From Acidobacteriota bacterium (GTDB lineage: Bacteria; Acidobacteriota; Blastocatellia; RBC074): a DNA stretch of 64,000 nt. Position numbers and translations under genes: made by a program. Below the pieces are notes generated by a model. It was given only the letters and a program-made list of their open reading frames with translations. It was not told the origin of the DNA and ran no database searches. Shown one piece after another: positions 49,901-58,380 of this stretch; position 1 is the stretch's first letter; each line of letters begins with the position of its first letter. Location of the stretch: positions 4,761 through 68,760 of the forward strand of contig JBDTUN010000921.1 in NCBI GenBank assembly GCA_040007715.1, given 5' to 3'.

Positions 49901-50421
49901 TGAACCTGAATGATCTCTACAGAGACGCCCCATTTTTCCGTGAGGCCGGTAACGATTTTGTCAGAGCCTTGCATCCAATCGGCGAAGACTAGGTCGGCTG
50001 GGCAAACGAACTCTTTAGCGAAGGCGTTGGCCTCAACCTCTTCGGCATCTTTCGGGTTATAACGGGCGATCGCGCCCGCGCCGTCGCTGGTCGTGAATCT
50101 GGAATCGCGTAGCGGATTAGGAATCGCGTGTGGCCCGATCAACCGTTGGTGAAGTTTGAGGTGGCCGAGTTCGTGGGCGAAGACAAACAGTTTTTCGGCT
50201 GGGTCGTTATCAAGCGCCTTGTCATATCTGAGCTGGCCTTTTTGTGGCAATAGCTCGGCCTTGCCGTGTTGCATTGCGTCGGCGCTAAGTGCTCGCGGTC
50301 TGATTTTGTGCTCTGTCAGCAAGTACTGTTCGAGCCTTGCTTGTAAATCTTCCGGGTGAGCGCCGATGACCTCTCTTAGTTCCCTACCCCGTCTGCGCGC
50401 AAGTTCAAGTCTTTTCATCAA
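46945..50421 (-). CDS. Fusion protein: N-terminal ImmA/IrrE-type Zn-metallopeptidase, UvrD/PcrA-like SF1 helicase, C-terminal Cas4/AddB-type nuclease with Cys cluster
   Basis: HELGHLKLHQ...EEVEANAFAKEFVCP (HExxH peptidase, DUF955/M78-like). DAGPGTGKTATLV (helicase Walker A) and further SF1 motifs. C-terminus VALVDDYKCGGCPVRVSCPHW (CxxCx5C). 1158 aa. Confidence 0.7.
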   Translation of the reverse strand: MMKRLELARRRGRELREVIGAHPEDLQARLEQYLLTEHKIRPRALSADAMQHGKAELLPQKGQLRYDKALDNDPAEKLFVFAHELGHLKLHQRLIGPHAIPNPLRDSRFTTSDGAGAIARYNPKDAEEVEANAFAKEFVCPADLVFADWMQGSDKIVTGLTEKWGVSVEIIQVQLAEALFDLFLKGDATEAIDKSGDISLNKQQQRAAEYLQGATIVDAGPGTGKTATLVMRVDFLLREEKVDPSHILILTFSNEAADELRERIGKRFDEEIANSIEIHTFHSFGHARLLSHAMKLASDFSILDEIAQEELLTTLLGQVECEAIVTLRDPGETARHAVEQINFLKDRMYGPVDLEQAVAAMPVAEPREKLVHQKAQQFLALFRKYEDVKHESAVDFADLILLTLNTLRKSPTFIAELRKQYQHVLVDEFQDVSLAMVELLGQICGEGNQPWVVGDIRQAIYRFRGADPARNVALFKQLFPAAQSFDLRSNYRSCPQVVRAANQMATLMAAPEQSSSDFQTFWEAGSDHQPFGEIPVQILAANSDAAEQEGIAELIRQWLDEGIKPGEIAVLARRNIDVRNIVLALGKRKIKAMISGLVTPEGAAGDLAAVLTLPDARVASIPRVVYALGRGNYAPELLNEVIRFLVTAAETEGEVDNTEQDEADRLAGADLIVEYKRLFASLHGQKHSSDAFAILCLFLFDGGVYLRRLLSGEDKTLKALALSEIITSLTRAAGYRFTHQKLRPRESRLGFAQCFRDSLSSNKPVTAAPRSGSDAVRVLTCHASKGLEFPCVVVAGQTLNKNKTKERNWWLPPTLMPASEEDRKQADSLLFVGLTRAQRAVTITYAEARTSKGDKRELPGLLGRWQSVYSIPQNPLPEQEVVKTSVSTNDLWGRQPRAHLSIRYLDKSFCGVATYLEQFLRGRFPEALPAYYPRFTVAVRRAMRRIIISAQLEKRRITEAEAEEHFFAEFHEQKPEWQNHPHKALYERIGLAFSKRFATAFRPHAGAVEFLHASEADDLVFNYEEGLLPLRLDLVACFRDAQGAQHMLIYRHDSLSEFAVDELNWSDIKATYKRVSFVVLRQFQQTNQFWAFSGADARLYRIKPNRDPKKMDAEATKAIESLRALTGGKFVALVDDYKCGGCPVRVSCPHWLGAIVPQ

Positions 50422-51391
50422 GGTTTCCTTTTTTCGCCAAGTCCAACCAGTATTCCTTTACCTTCTTCGGCAAATTGGACCGTTCGATCCTATCAATGAA
50501 GCTTGAAACGCCTGGTGGATACGGCGACTTTCTGAGCGCCGCGACTTTGGCCTCTGCGCGCGAGCCACGGCTCGCGGCTCGCCTCAGCCTAGTTTTGTCG
50601 AGACTGTAACTGCGCGCGAACCGGTCAATGATCTCTTCCCGCACTGGGATGGGCGTGAGATCGTAATGATCTTCAACGTAGACCATCACTACATCGGGAA
50701 TGTCATTGTCACTAGCAATCTTCTCCTCTGCGAGACCGGTATGATCCGTCAATAGCCGCATCAGATCATCGTCGGCATCCTCATCCGACTCGTTCGCTGC
50801 CAATTTTTCGACTGGGGTTGCCGGATGATTGGATGTGCTGCCGCTCTTCTGTTTTGCCGTTTGCGCCGCGCCTTTGGCCTGCGCAAACCCCTCGCTCTCT
50901 AACCACTGCTTGGTTTGCTCGATTGACTGCGCCGCTACGCCTGATGGCAATGGCTCATCCAACTCGCTGTCAACGAGTAGGGTGAAGAAGTCATAAAGCT
51001 CGTCTTTGAATTGCGGATATTGATCGGCCAATTGATCCGCCAACTGGTGATCCTGCTGTTGTAGCCAAGCCGTCTCGATACGGGCATAGAGCTGCTCCAG
51101 CGCGATCTGTTGTAAAGCAATCACGCCAATATCCGCATCCAGTCTTTGCCAGTGTAAGCCGTCGCCCGATGGCGAGACCTCCACTTGCGTCAGTTCGTCG
51201 GTCGAGCCTTGCGCTAATTCTTCAACGGCCAACGGCGAGAAGCTAAAGCTCTCCTCGTTTTGCAGGCGCACAACGACCAAGCCGGATTCGCGGTCGTAGT
51301 GGGCGTGCCGGGCGCGCGGTTCAACGGCATGAGCGGCAGCGGCTGCGCGCTTGGCCTTCTCGTACTGCTCGTCAAACATTTTGTCATCCAT
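50405..51391 (-). CDS. DUF2442-domain protein with long acidic C-terminal extension
   Basis: N-terminal LVVVRLQNEESFSFSPLA...DGLHWQRLDADIGV resembles DUF2442. Overlaps both the upstream DUF4160 gene and the downstream helicase gene. Confidence 0.45.
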   Translation of the reverse strand: MDDKMFDEQYEKAKRAAAAAHAVEPRARHAHYDRESGLVVVRLQNEESFSFSPLAVEELAQGSTDELTQVEVSPSGDGLHWQRLDADIGVIALQQIALEQLYARIETAWLQQQDHQLADQLADQYPQFKDELYDFFTLLVDSELDEPLPSGVAAQSIEQTKQWLESEGFAQAKGAAQTAKQKSGSTSNHPATPVEKLAANESDEDADDDLMRLLTDHTGLAEEKIASDNDIPDVVMVYVEDHYDLTPIPVREEIIDRFARSYSLDKTRLRRAASRGSRAEAKVAALRKSPYPPGVSSFIDRIERSNLPKKVKEYWLDLAKKGNLDEKT

Positions 51392-51623
51392 GGATTTCTC
51401 TCCACTTTCTCAGCAGAAACAGATGGCGCTCTTCCACAATCGCCACGGCGCGGCGTGCATCGGGACGGTTCATCCACACTTCCCTGATTGCTAGCGGTTC
51501 TGTTTCGCTGCCTAGGTTGATGATGATCTGTTCGTTATCTTTGACAACGTGCACATGGGGCGGGCGGTGATCGCGCGTGTAAATCCTGACTTCAAAACCA
51601 TCTTGCATTAACACGACGGGCAT
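51384..51623 (-). CDS. DUF4160-family small protein (partner of DUF2442)
   Basis: MPVVLMQDGFEVRIYTRDHRPPHVHVVK... is the DUF4160 signature. 79 aa. Confidence 0.55.
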   Translation of the reverse strand: MPVVLMQDGFEVRIYTRDHRPPHVHVVKDNEQIIINLGSETEPLAIREVWMNRPDARRAVAIVEERHLFLLRKWREIHG

Positions 51624-51667
51624 ATGATGACTGGCTCCTCCGCTTCATCGTAATCTGCTCCGGTTGG

Positions 51668-52507
51668 TTACTTGCCTTGATAGCGGTTTCGCAACCAGTC
51701 GAGATCAAGCTCTTTCTCTTTTTGCTTAATCAGCGCCGCGAAGAGCTTGGCCCGTGCTTGTTTAAGCGTACGCGAGATGCGATAGCGGTCAATCTCCAAT
51801 TGCTCCGTCAGCGGCAGATTGCCAGTCTCCGAACGGCCTGATGAGATCGGTGAGGGATCAGGGCCGAATTGATCCTCGGCAACTCGGCGCATTAACGGGT
51901 CTTTGAATTCAGCGATGGTGCGACGAACGAAATCTTCGAGCCAGGGTACTTTGCTTTGGCGCATCGCTACGTGCCAGGGGATGGAGTCGTCGGCGACTTC
52001 CAAAGGATCACTCTCCATACCGGACCCTGGATCAATCACCATTTCCACCCGCTCGCCCCTGATCTTTTCGCCGCGCCTGCCGTTCAGATTGCGCCAGCCG
52101 TCCTCAAAACTGTGTTTGCAAAATGTTACCCAGTTGGTTTCGGCAAATGCTCCCCTCTCTGTCGGCAAAGTCCTGACAATCTCTTTAATCGCCTCCTGAA
52201 ATAAGTCCTCAGCGTCGTAGGCATATTGGCCTCGCGCGACCCGTTGCTTGGCCAGTTTTCGCACGACCAGCAAGTAGATCTCGCGGTGTCTAGTTGCTAC
52301 CAGCCGTTCCAACGTTACGCGCGCCGCCGCACCCACTCCGGCGCTGGCGAGTTGCCGAAAAGACTTTGCCAATACAGGTGCCGGTAGCTCGCTCGCTGTA
52401 GCCGTATCAAGCAGATGTAAATATTCGGGTGAATCAAGTGGCGGCAGTGCAGCGAAGATCATTTCATAGGGTTTCACTGCTGCTGCCGGCGTTTGCAATA
52501 AATCCAT
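51668..52507 (-). CDS. Sigma-70/ECF-like RNA polymerase sigma factor-like protein (tentative)
   Basis: C-terminal HTH-like region (LTEQLEIDRYRISRTLKQARAKL) resembling sigma region 4, and a region-2-like helical segment upstream. Weak call. Confidence 0.3.
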   Translation of the reverse strand: MDLLQTPAAAVKPYEMIFAALPPLDSPEYLHLLDTATASELPAPVLAKSFRQLASAGVGAAARVTLERLVATRHREIYLLVVRKLAKQRVARGQYAYDAEDLFQEAIKEIVRTLPTERGAFAETNWVTFCKHSFEDGWRNLNGRRGEKIRGERVEMVIDPGSGMESDPLEVADDSIPWHVAMRQSKVPWLEDFVRRTIAEFKDPLMRRVAEDQFGPDPSPISSGRSETGNLPLTEQLEIDRYRISRTLKQARAKLFAALIKQKEKELDLDWLRNRYQGK

Positions 52508-52887
52508 GCCTGCTCCTAATCAGTTTACATCTTGAAAGGCAGCCTCCCTTCTGATGAGCAATTAGAGTCACGGACAGAGAAAGGCTTATGTGCAAGAAAA
52601 ATATCGGGCGTTCAAGTGGTATCTTCTAATCATGATTTTGGCGTCATTCAGTGTCCTGAAGAGTGCATTCTGTAATGATCTTGCAGGGGCTTGGCCGGGA
52701 TTGGCATAAGGATGCTTCCCAAGCAAGGCAAAGCCTATGTCTGTCTTGGCGGTGGGTCAAGGTAATTGCCTAAAGAATTGGGTATGGGTGCTTGTGCTTT
52801 ATGAAGGGTAGTTGCTGTTGGCAACAGAAGGCTAAGCGTTAAAAGCGGTCAAGTGTTGCGTATCGAACCTTGCTTCGAGTGGCAATT

Positions 52888-53568
52888 CTAACTGCCCTGA
52901 TTGTGTGTAAGCGCTGCGCGGATCAGGTCAATAACTTGGGCAGGGGAAAGAATGTCTTCAATCCCGGTGCCAGCGAGCTTCGGGCCGATGTTGTAATCAA
53001 TCGCGTAGAGATCCTGTGCCGGAATGAAATCAATAGCGAACAGAGGTTCAGTGATCGTTGCGTGGTAGCCACGCGGACCTTCTTCGATAATTTCGATTTT
53101 GAAGTCACCCACATTGGAGCGCCAATTGTCGCTGCTGGCGTAACTCAGCCACCAGTGGCGGTCACCGATCTGGAGGTATTGCAGAGTCCAGCCGAGACCA
53201 CTTGGTTGGACTTTTATGTATTCGGTGCAGTAATGGTGCGGGAAGAAGCTGAGAGCGTCGTCTATGGAGACGAGATGAGTGTCGCCACCGTGTCCGCGTT
53301 CGGTGGCGTAGACGACCAGTTCAGTCATCTGCCGAACAACTTGTTCACTCACAGGCACGTTCATCTCCTGCCAATCGCGGGCAAGACGAGTCGCCATCTT
53401 CTCGACCATGCCGTTTCTGGGGACGCGATAGCCTGCCTGCTCCAGAAATGTATACATTTCGCGGCGGTACGGGCCACACTCGTAAAACCGATTGAAAAGA
53501 ACGCCTTCTTCCTTGTCGAAGCACGTGTCGTAATAATCGTTGAAGTCCGAGTAAAGCTTGATGTTCAT
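52888..53568 (-). CDS. Hypothetical protein
   Basis: 226-aa ORF with coding-like composition and no motif recognised. Confidence 0.3.
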   Translation of the reverse strand: MNIKLYSDFNDYYDTCFDKEEGVLFNRFYECGPYRREMYTFLEQAGYRVPRNGMVEKMATRLARDWQEMNVPVSEQVVRQMTELVVYATERGHGGDTHLVSIDDALSFFPHHYCTEYIKVQPSGLGWTLQYLQIGDRHWWLSYASSDNWRSNVGDFKIEIIEEGPRGYHATITEPLFAIDFIPAQDLYAIDYNIGPKLAGTGIEDILSPAQVIDLIRAALTHNQGS

Positions 53569-53696
53569 AGTGTCTATCTCGACATGGTTAATGCCTGCGT
53601 CTGATAACGACGGGGCATTGACTCCTTATTAGGTTTTATAGTGTTAATGAGGTGAGAGTGGTTTTCTGTTCGTTATCAGACGCTTATCTTTCATAT

Positions 53697-55283
53697 GTAA
53701 CCGTTCAGTTGGTTAGCCGTTTTCCCCGTGTCCGTATGGACAGTTGTTGGCTGACAAATTATTCTGCGGCTCGATGTGGCAAGCTTTGGGAATCAGTGAG
53801 AATGATTGGGCGCAGACCCCTTTGGCGGTGCGCACGGCGCTCATCTCTCAGCAACAGCAACTCTATTTGCTCCAGATTCGTTGCGCAGCCTATGAACAAG
53901 AACTTGCTGTTTTGCGCGCGCAGGTGCTGCAAATTGACGATCTCAAAGCGGAGATTGCTGAACTCAAAGAACGGCTGGGACGCAATTCCAACAACTCCTC
54001 ACAACCGCCCTCCGCTGATTCTCCGGCACAGCGAAAGAACACGACGCGCGAATCGAGCGGGCGCAAACGCGGCGCGCAGCAAGGGCATTCGGGCGCAGGC
54101 CGCCACCTCAAACCTCCGGATGAAGTAGATCAGGTCGTGATGTTACGTCCAACCAGTTGCGGCGCGTGCGGCAGCTTGCTGCTTGGCGAAGATCCGCAGC
54201 CCGCCCGCCATCAGGTCAGCGAAATCCCGCCCATCAAAGCTCTCGTCACCGAATATCAACGCCACACCTTATCCTGTCTGGCGTGCGGCGTGCGCACATC
54301 AGCCGAGTGGCCATCCGACTTGCCGACAGGCTGCTTTGGGCCGCGCGCCCAAGCCCTGGTCGGTTATCTGAGCGGACGGCTCGGCGCGAGCCAGCGCGAC
54401 CTGCGCGAAGTTTTGACGGATTTGTTCGGGCTCTCGATTAGTCTAGGCAGCATTTCGGCGCTCCAGCAACGTGTCAGTGCAGCACTGAGTATACCGGTCA
54501 CCGCTGCTGGTCAGTTCACGAAGGCGCAGCGTGTGCAATACGTAGACGAAACTGGTTGGAGAGAAAACCTTCAGGCAAAATGGCTCTGGATCAATGCGAC
54601 GGCAGAGGTGACAGCCTTTCACTTGTTAGACCGTCGCAATACGGCCTGCGCTCAAAGGGTGATTGATGCGCAAGCCAAAGGGATCCTCACGACGGATCGT
54701 TATAGCGGCTATCAATGGTTAGCCAACCGCCGCCGCCAGATTTGTTGGGCGCATCTCAAACGGGATTTCCAAGCCATCGCCGAACGCGCCGGAGAGGCCG
54801 GGCAACTGGGGGCGCAATTGCTCGCTCAAGTCAAAGCCTTATTCACGCAATGGCACGCCTATCGTCAGCCGGAGGGACCCACACGATTGGCGCAGCGTAT
54901 GGCCCCGATCAAAAGCAAGATCAAAGAATTGCTCCAATCTGGCGCTCAATTGAGCCACAGCAAGACCCGCCATACGTGTCAGCAGATCCTGAAAGTATGG
55001 GATGCGTTGTGGACGTTCGTGCGAGTGGAAGGGGTCGAACCGACGAACAACAATGCCGAACGTCCCTTGCGGCGTGCGGTGCTGTGGCGACGCAAATCCT
55101 TCGGCACGCAAAGCTCGCAAGGGAGTGAATTCGTGGCGCGCATCCTGACGACGATCACGACGTTGCGGCAGCAAAAGCGAAATGTCTTGGAATACCTGAC
55201 ACAGACTTGTACCGCGGCGCTCACTCAAACCTCACCGGCCAGCTTACTGCCGCCTTAACTTTCTTACCCAACTGAACGGTTAC
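53697..55283 (+). mobile_element. Intact IS66-family insertion sequence (single-ORF type, ~1.59 kb) with 16-bp perfect terminal inverted repeats GTAACCGTTCAGTTGG and 8-bp target-site duplication TTTCATAT (53689-53696 and 55284-55291)
   Basis: IRs and TSD read directly from the sequence. The internal ORF has IS66 TnpC hallmarks. Confidence 0.85.
53744..55258 (+). CDS. IS66-family transposase (TnpC-like)
   Basis: Leucine-zipper N-terminus, zf-IS66 Cys pairs (CGACGS...CLACG), DDE region (YVDETGW, TDRYSGY, CWAHLKRDF) and the IS66 C-terminal motif TNNNAERPLRRAVLWRRKSFG. Confidence 0.85.
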   Translation: MLADKLFCGSMWQALGISENDWAQTPLAVRTALISQQQQLYLLQIRCAAYEQELAVLRAQVLQIDDLKAEIAELKERLGRNSNNSSQPPSADSPAQRKNTTRESSGRKRGAQQGHSGAGRHLKPPDEVDQVVMLRPTSCGACGSLLLGEDPQPARHQVSEIPPIKALVTEYQRHTLSCLACGVRTSAEWPSDLPTGCFGPRAQALVGYLSGRLGASQRDLREVLTDLFGLSISLGSISALQQRVSAALSIPVTAAGQFTKAQRVQYVDETGWRENLQAKWLWINATAEVTAFHLLDRRNTACAQRVIDAQAKGILTTDRYSGYQWLANRRRQICWAHLKRDFQAIAERAGEAGQLGAQLLAQVKALFTQWHAYRQPEGPTRLAQRMAPIKSKIKELLQSGAQLSHSKTRHTCQQILKVWDALWTFVRVEGVEPTNNNAERPLRRAVLWRRKSFGTQSSQGSEFVARILTTITTLRQQKRNVLEYLTQTCTAALTQTSPASLLPP

Positions 55284-58200
55284 TTTCATATTCAATTTCC
55301 GCCCGGTCGTGATTCAAGTTAGTGACGTGCTGAGCCTCGTTACTTCTTTCTGATTGCAAAATCTCGCGGAGACTCTCAAATTGCCACTCCTGATCTGAAT
55401 CCACATAACCCGAATAATGCTCAGTCAGTTTTTGTGCCTCAAAATCTTGACGTGCTGCCTGCTCCCGCACCTCACCAGCCAGGCTTTTTGCTTCCGTCTT
55501 CAAGTGAGTAGTCTCTGTCAGGCGCAGATTCGCCACCGTCGCCCAGTCTAATTCGTGCGCTGGCAGCACCGCAGGCTGCTCGCGCTCAGACACTGGTTGC
55601 TGGCGTGACAGTTCAAGGTTTCGCCGCAGTAAGTCAATATTCTCAAAGCCGCGATATAGCTCTTCACGCGTCTTCGCTGCGTAGGCATCCAACTCGGCCA
55701 GCTTACGGGCGTCAGCAGGAGCGAGTTTCCCAAGCACGCCTCGCGTGAACCGCTCTTGCTCTTCGGAGCTTCCGAAAAGCGGTCTCTGTCTGGTTTCAGA
55801 CAAGGCATCGGACCCGGCTCGGTGGGCATGCTCGGCTAGGTATGCACTCCGCTTGGCATACGTGTCTCCCACCTTCAAGCTTTCTATATGATCACCATCG
55901 CTTTCAAGCCTTTGCTGTCCGGCCGGATCACGCTGAATGCCAAAAGTATCTGTTTGTCTTTGAGCAATAGTCTGCTCCAGGTTCGTGACCGTTCCGACTC
56001 CTGACGGATTGTCCTGCTCAACCGCTCCGCGTTGGAGCTCGCGCAGCTTGGCGCTGAAAGCCTCAAGATAAGCAGATCGTTCTCGATCTTCACGCAGCCG
56101 CTTTTCCTCCGGCACCGTTTGCTCGTAAATGAACTGCTCGCGCGCGGCGTGGGCGATCCGTGCTCGCTCCTGCAAATGCTCGTGTGTGCGCGCAATCGCA
56201 TCGCTCAGGTGCAAGGCTGCGGGGCTGGGGTTCCTTTCAAAGATTTCCGGCGGTGCAACCGACTCCCAAGCCAGGCTGCGTGCCCGGCGGCGCAGTTCCG
56301 CTTGCTCTTGTGACGGCAGCAGGGTGCGGGCTTCCGAAATCGAGAGCGACAGTATTTCAACGGTCGCCTTTTCACCGCGCACGGTAATTCCACGCCGCCG
56401 GTTCACGGCATCATTCAGCATCTGGCGCTCGACCGCCCCCATCGTCGCCATGTAATCCCGGTAAGCACCACTCGCTGCGGGAAGCTGGCCGAATCCCCGC
56501 CCAGTAGATGCAGGAGTAATATTCGTTTCGCGCCCAACTTCTCCCTCTCCGACACTGCGATCAGATGCGGACGATCGCGCCAATGCTTGCGTTCTCTCTT
56601 GCACGCGCTCAAACAGGTAATTGCGTTCATGGGGAGCGAGGCTTTCGTGCAGGCTGTGCAGGTCCACTTTGCCGGGGTTATCGAGCTTCTCGTTGAGGAT
56701 CGCCGCTTGATAGTGTGCAACGGCTTTGACGCTGTGCCGATCCCCCAACTCTCGTAGCATGAGCTTCAGTGCCGGTGACGATTCTAGCTGACCTTCGCGC
56801 AACAACTGCGCCCGTGCTTCCCGCTCTTCTCGCGACATTCCCCAATTGAACTTCAACTCTCGCATCTCCGGACTGAAACGTTCCGGCGATCGTCCGTAGA
56901 AGAGTAGCTGTCGCTGCCGCGCGTCGAGCGGGAGCGGCTCCGGTAACGGATATTGATCCGGCTCTTCGCGATGAAGTCGCAGCAATCGGCTACGTTCAGT
57001 GTTCTCGCGGAGGAAGTTTTCTGCTGTCCGGCTCAACTCCTTCGGCGTGCGAGCCGCGCCGATCTTCGTCTGTGCCTCACGAAATTCGGGGGAGCGGTTG
57101 AGCTCCCGCGTCTCAGGATCACGCAGTCGCTCGTCAACATATGCTTTGATGAAGCCGCCGATCTTGAACCACTCGTCACCCTCTTCCGGCCCACCCTGCT
57201 GGGCTTCATTCAGCTTCCGCTGATGCCCGTCAATCGCGGCAAAAATGATCTCACGACTGGTTCCACTCTCAAGCTTGCGATCAATCGCCGGGAGCGTTTG
57301 CGCGACCAGCCGTTCCTTCGCCTCGAAGCTCAGCCCGGCCGGCAAGCGCAACGATTCTGCGTCGAGTCTAACCTTGCGTGCGCTGGTGTTCATGCCAAAG
57401 GCGACGGCTTCATTCTCCCGCCCGTCATCAAGATTTACTTGCCCCTCCGGGCTGTAGCCGCCGCCTTCGGCCACATGCTGTATCTCGCTTGTTTCTTGGC
57501 CATCGCGGGCAAATCGGTCATCCGTCGTGACACCGCGCCCTTCGTCGGAGCTGGACCCGCCCCACATACTTCCAGCCTCCCTTACCTGTTCCAGAGAAAC
57601 AACTGGCTGTGCAATCTCGAGACTGTGTTGCGTTTCAAGTTGCCGCATGACGGCGGCCATCGTGCGCATCTCAGCGAGTGTGCGCCCCATCGCCGCTTCA
57701 CGCTCCGTCGTCTGATCCTGCCTCAGTCGCCGTCCTCTCTGATCCCGATTCAGCCGGTCGTAGTAGAATCGGAAGGTCTCGATCTCACCGCGCGCGTCGG
57801 CCATCTCGCCGGCGATGGCGCGACCGAGCGCATGAAATTCGGCGGCGCTCTCAGGGTGCGGAATGCGTTCGTAAGCATAAGAAAGAGAGGTGATGAAAGG
57901 CTGATCGTTCTCTTCACGCAGTTCGTGACCTTCCGCCGGAATGACGAGCGTTTCGCCTTTGATCATCGCGCCCCGTTCGTAGAGGTCGCGCATTTCCTGG
58001 CTCTCTTTTCCCAGCCAATCGGCCTGCTCAGCCGACGTTCGGTAATCGGGATCATCCAGACTCCGGCTCTGCAATGCGGCGCGCACGTCAGTGGCGCGCG
58101 GACGCTCGGTCTCCTCCGGTTCCGGGCCGCGCGCCAGAATCTCAGTGAGCAGTTCACGCCCGGCGAGTGAGGGGTTGCGGCTGGCGGCTGACAGCAACCG

Positions 58201-58329
58201 CTCATCCGAACTCGCACCGCGGTATTCCTGCGCTGTTTCCGCCGGTTGATCACGTCGTGATTGTTTTCCTGAGTCAGGCATAAATGATCCCGTGGGGTGG
58301 GAAGTGCGAAAGCACTGAAGCTCTTCCAA
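55264..58329 (-). CDS. Large (1021 aa) highly charged hypothetical protein downstream of the relaxase. Its last 6 codons and stop are supplied by the IS66 right end.
   Basis: Long ORF rich in E/R/Q with coiled-coil character and no catalytic motif seen. Reading across a reconstructed empty site (IS plus one TSD copy removed) gives ...EIEYER-stop, so the IS inserted 2 codons before the native stop. Confidence 0.45.
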   Translation of the reverse strand: MEELQCFRTSHPTGSFMPDSGKQSRRDQPAETAQEYRGASSDERLLSAASRNPSLAGRELLTEILARGPEPEETERPRATDVRAALQSRSLDDPDYRTSAEQADWLGKESQEMRDLYERGAMIKGETLVIPAEGHELREENDQPFITSLSYAYERIPHPESAAEFHALGRAIAGEMADARGEIETFRFYYDRLNRDQRGRRLRQDQTTEREAAMGRTLAEMRTMAAVMRQLETQHSLEIAQPVVSLEQVREAGSMWGGSSSDEGRGVTTDDRFARDGQETSEIQHVAEGGGYSPEGQVNLDDGRENEAVAFGMNTSARKVRLDAESLRLPAGLSFEAKERLVAQTLPAIDRKLESGTSREIIFAAIDGHQRKLNEAQQGGPEEGDEWFKIGGFIKAYVDERLRDPETRELNRSPEFREAQTKIGAARTPKELSRTAENFLRENTERSRLLRLHREEPDQYPLPEPLPLDARQRQLLFYGRSPERFSPEMRELKFNWGMSREEREARAQLLREGQLESSPALKLMLRELGDRHSVKAVAHYQAAILNEKLDNPGKVDLHSLHESLAPHERNYLFERVQERTQALARSSASDRSVGEGEVGRETNITPASTGRGFGQLPAASGAYRDYMATMGAVERQMLNDAVNRRRGITVRGEKATVEILSLSISEARTLLPSQEQAELRRRARSLAWESVAPPEIFERNPSPAALHLSDAIARTHEHLQERARIAHAAREQFIYEQTVPEEKRLREDRERSAYLEAFSAKLRELQRGAVEQDNPSGVGTVTNLEQTIAQRQTDTFGIQRDPAGQQRLESDGDHIESLKVGDTYAKRSAYLAEHAHRAGSDALSETRQRPLFGSSEEQERFTRGVLGKLAPADARKLAELDAYAAKTREELYRGFENIDLLRRNLELSRQQPVSEREQPAVLPAHELDWATVANLRLTETTHLKTEAKSLAGEVREQAARQDFEAQKLTEHYSGYVDSDQEWQFESLREILQSERSNEAQHVTNLNHDRAEIEYESNRSVG

Positions 58330-58380
58330 CTCCGCTTCGACGGCTCTGCATTCAAATATACGTTGGCAATCATCGTGCCC

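Noticed and set aside
53569-53696. Possibility that the IS66 insertion split the 1021-aa gene, with its remainder lying left of the IS
   Set aside because: Reading through the reconstructed empty site hits a TAA two codons after the insertion point (…EYER-stop). There is no downstream remainder; 53569-53696 is AT-rich non-coding.
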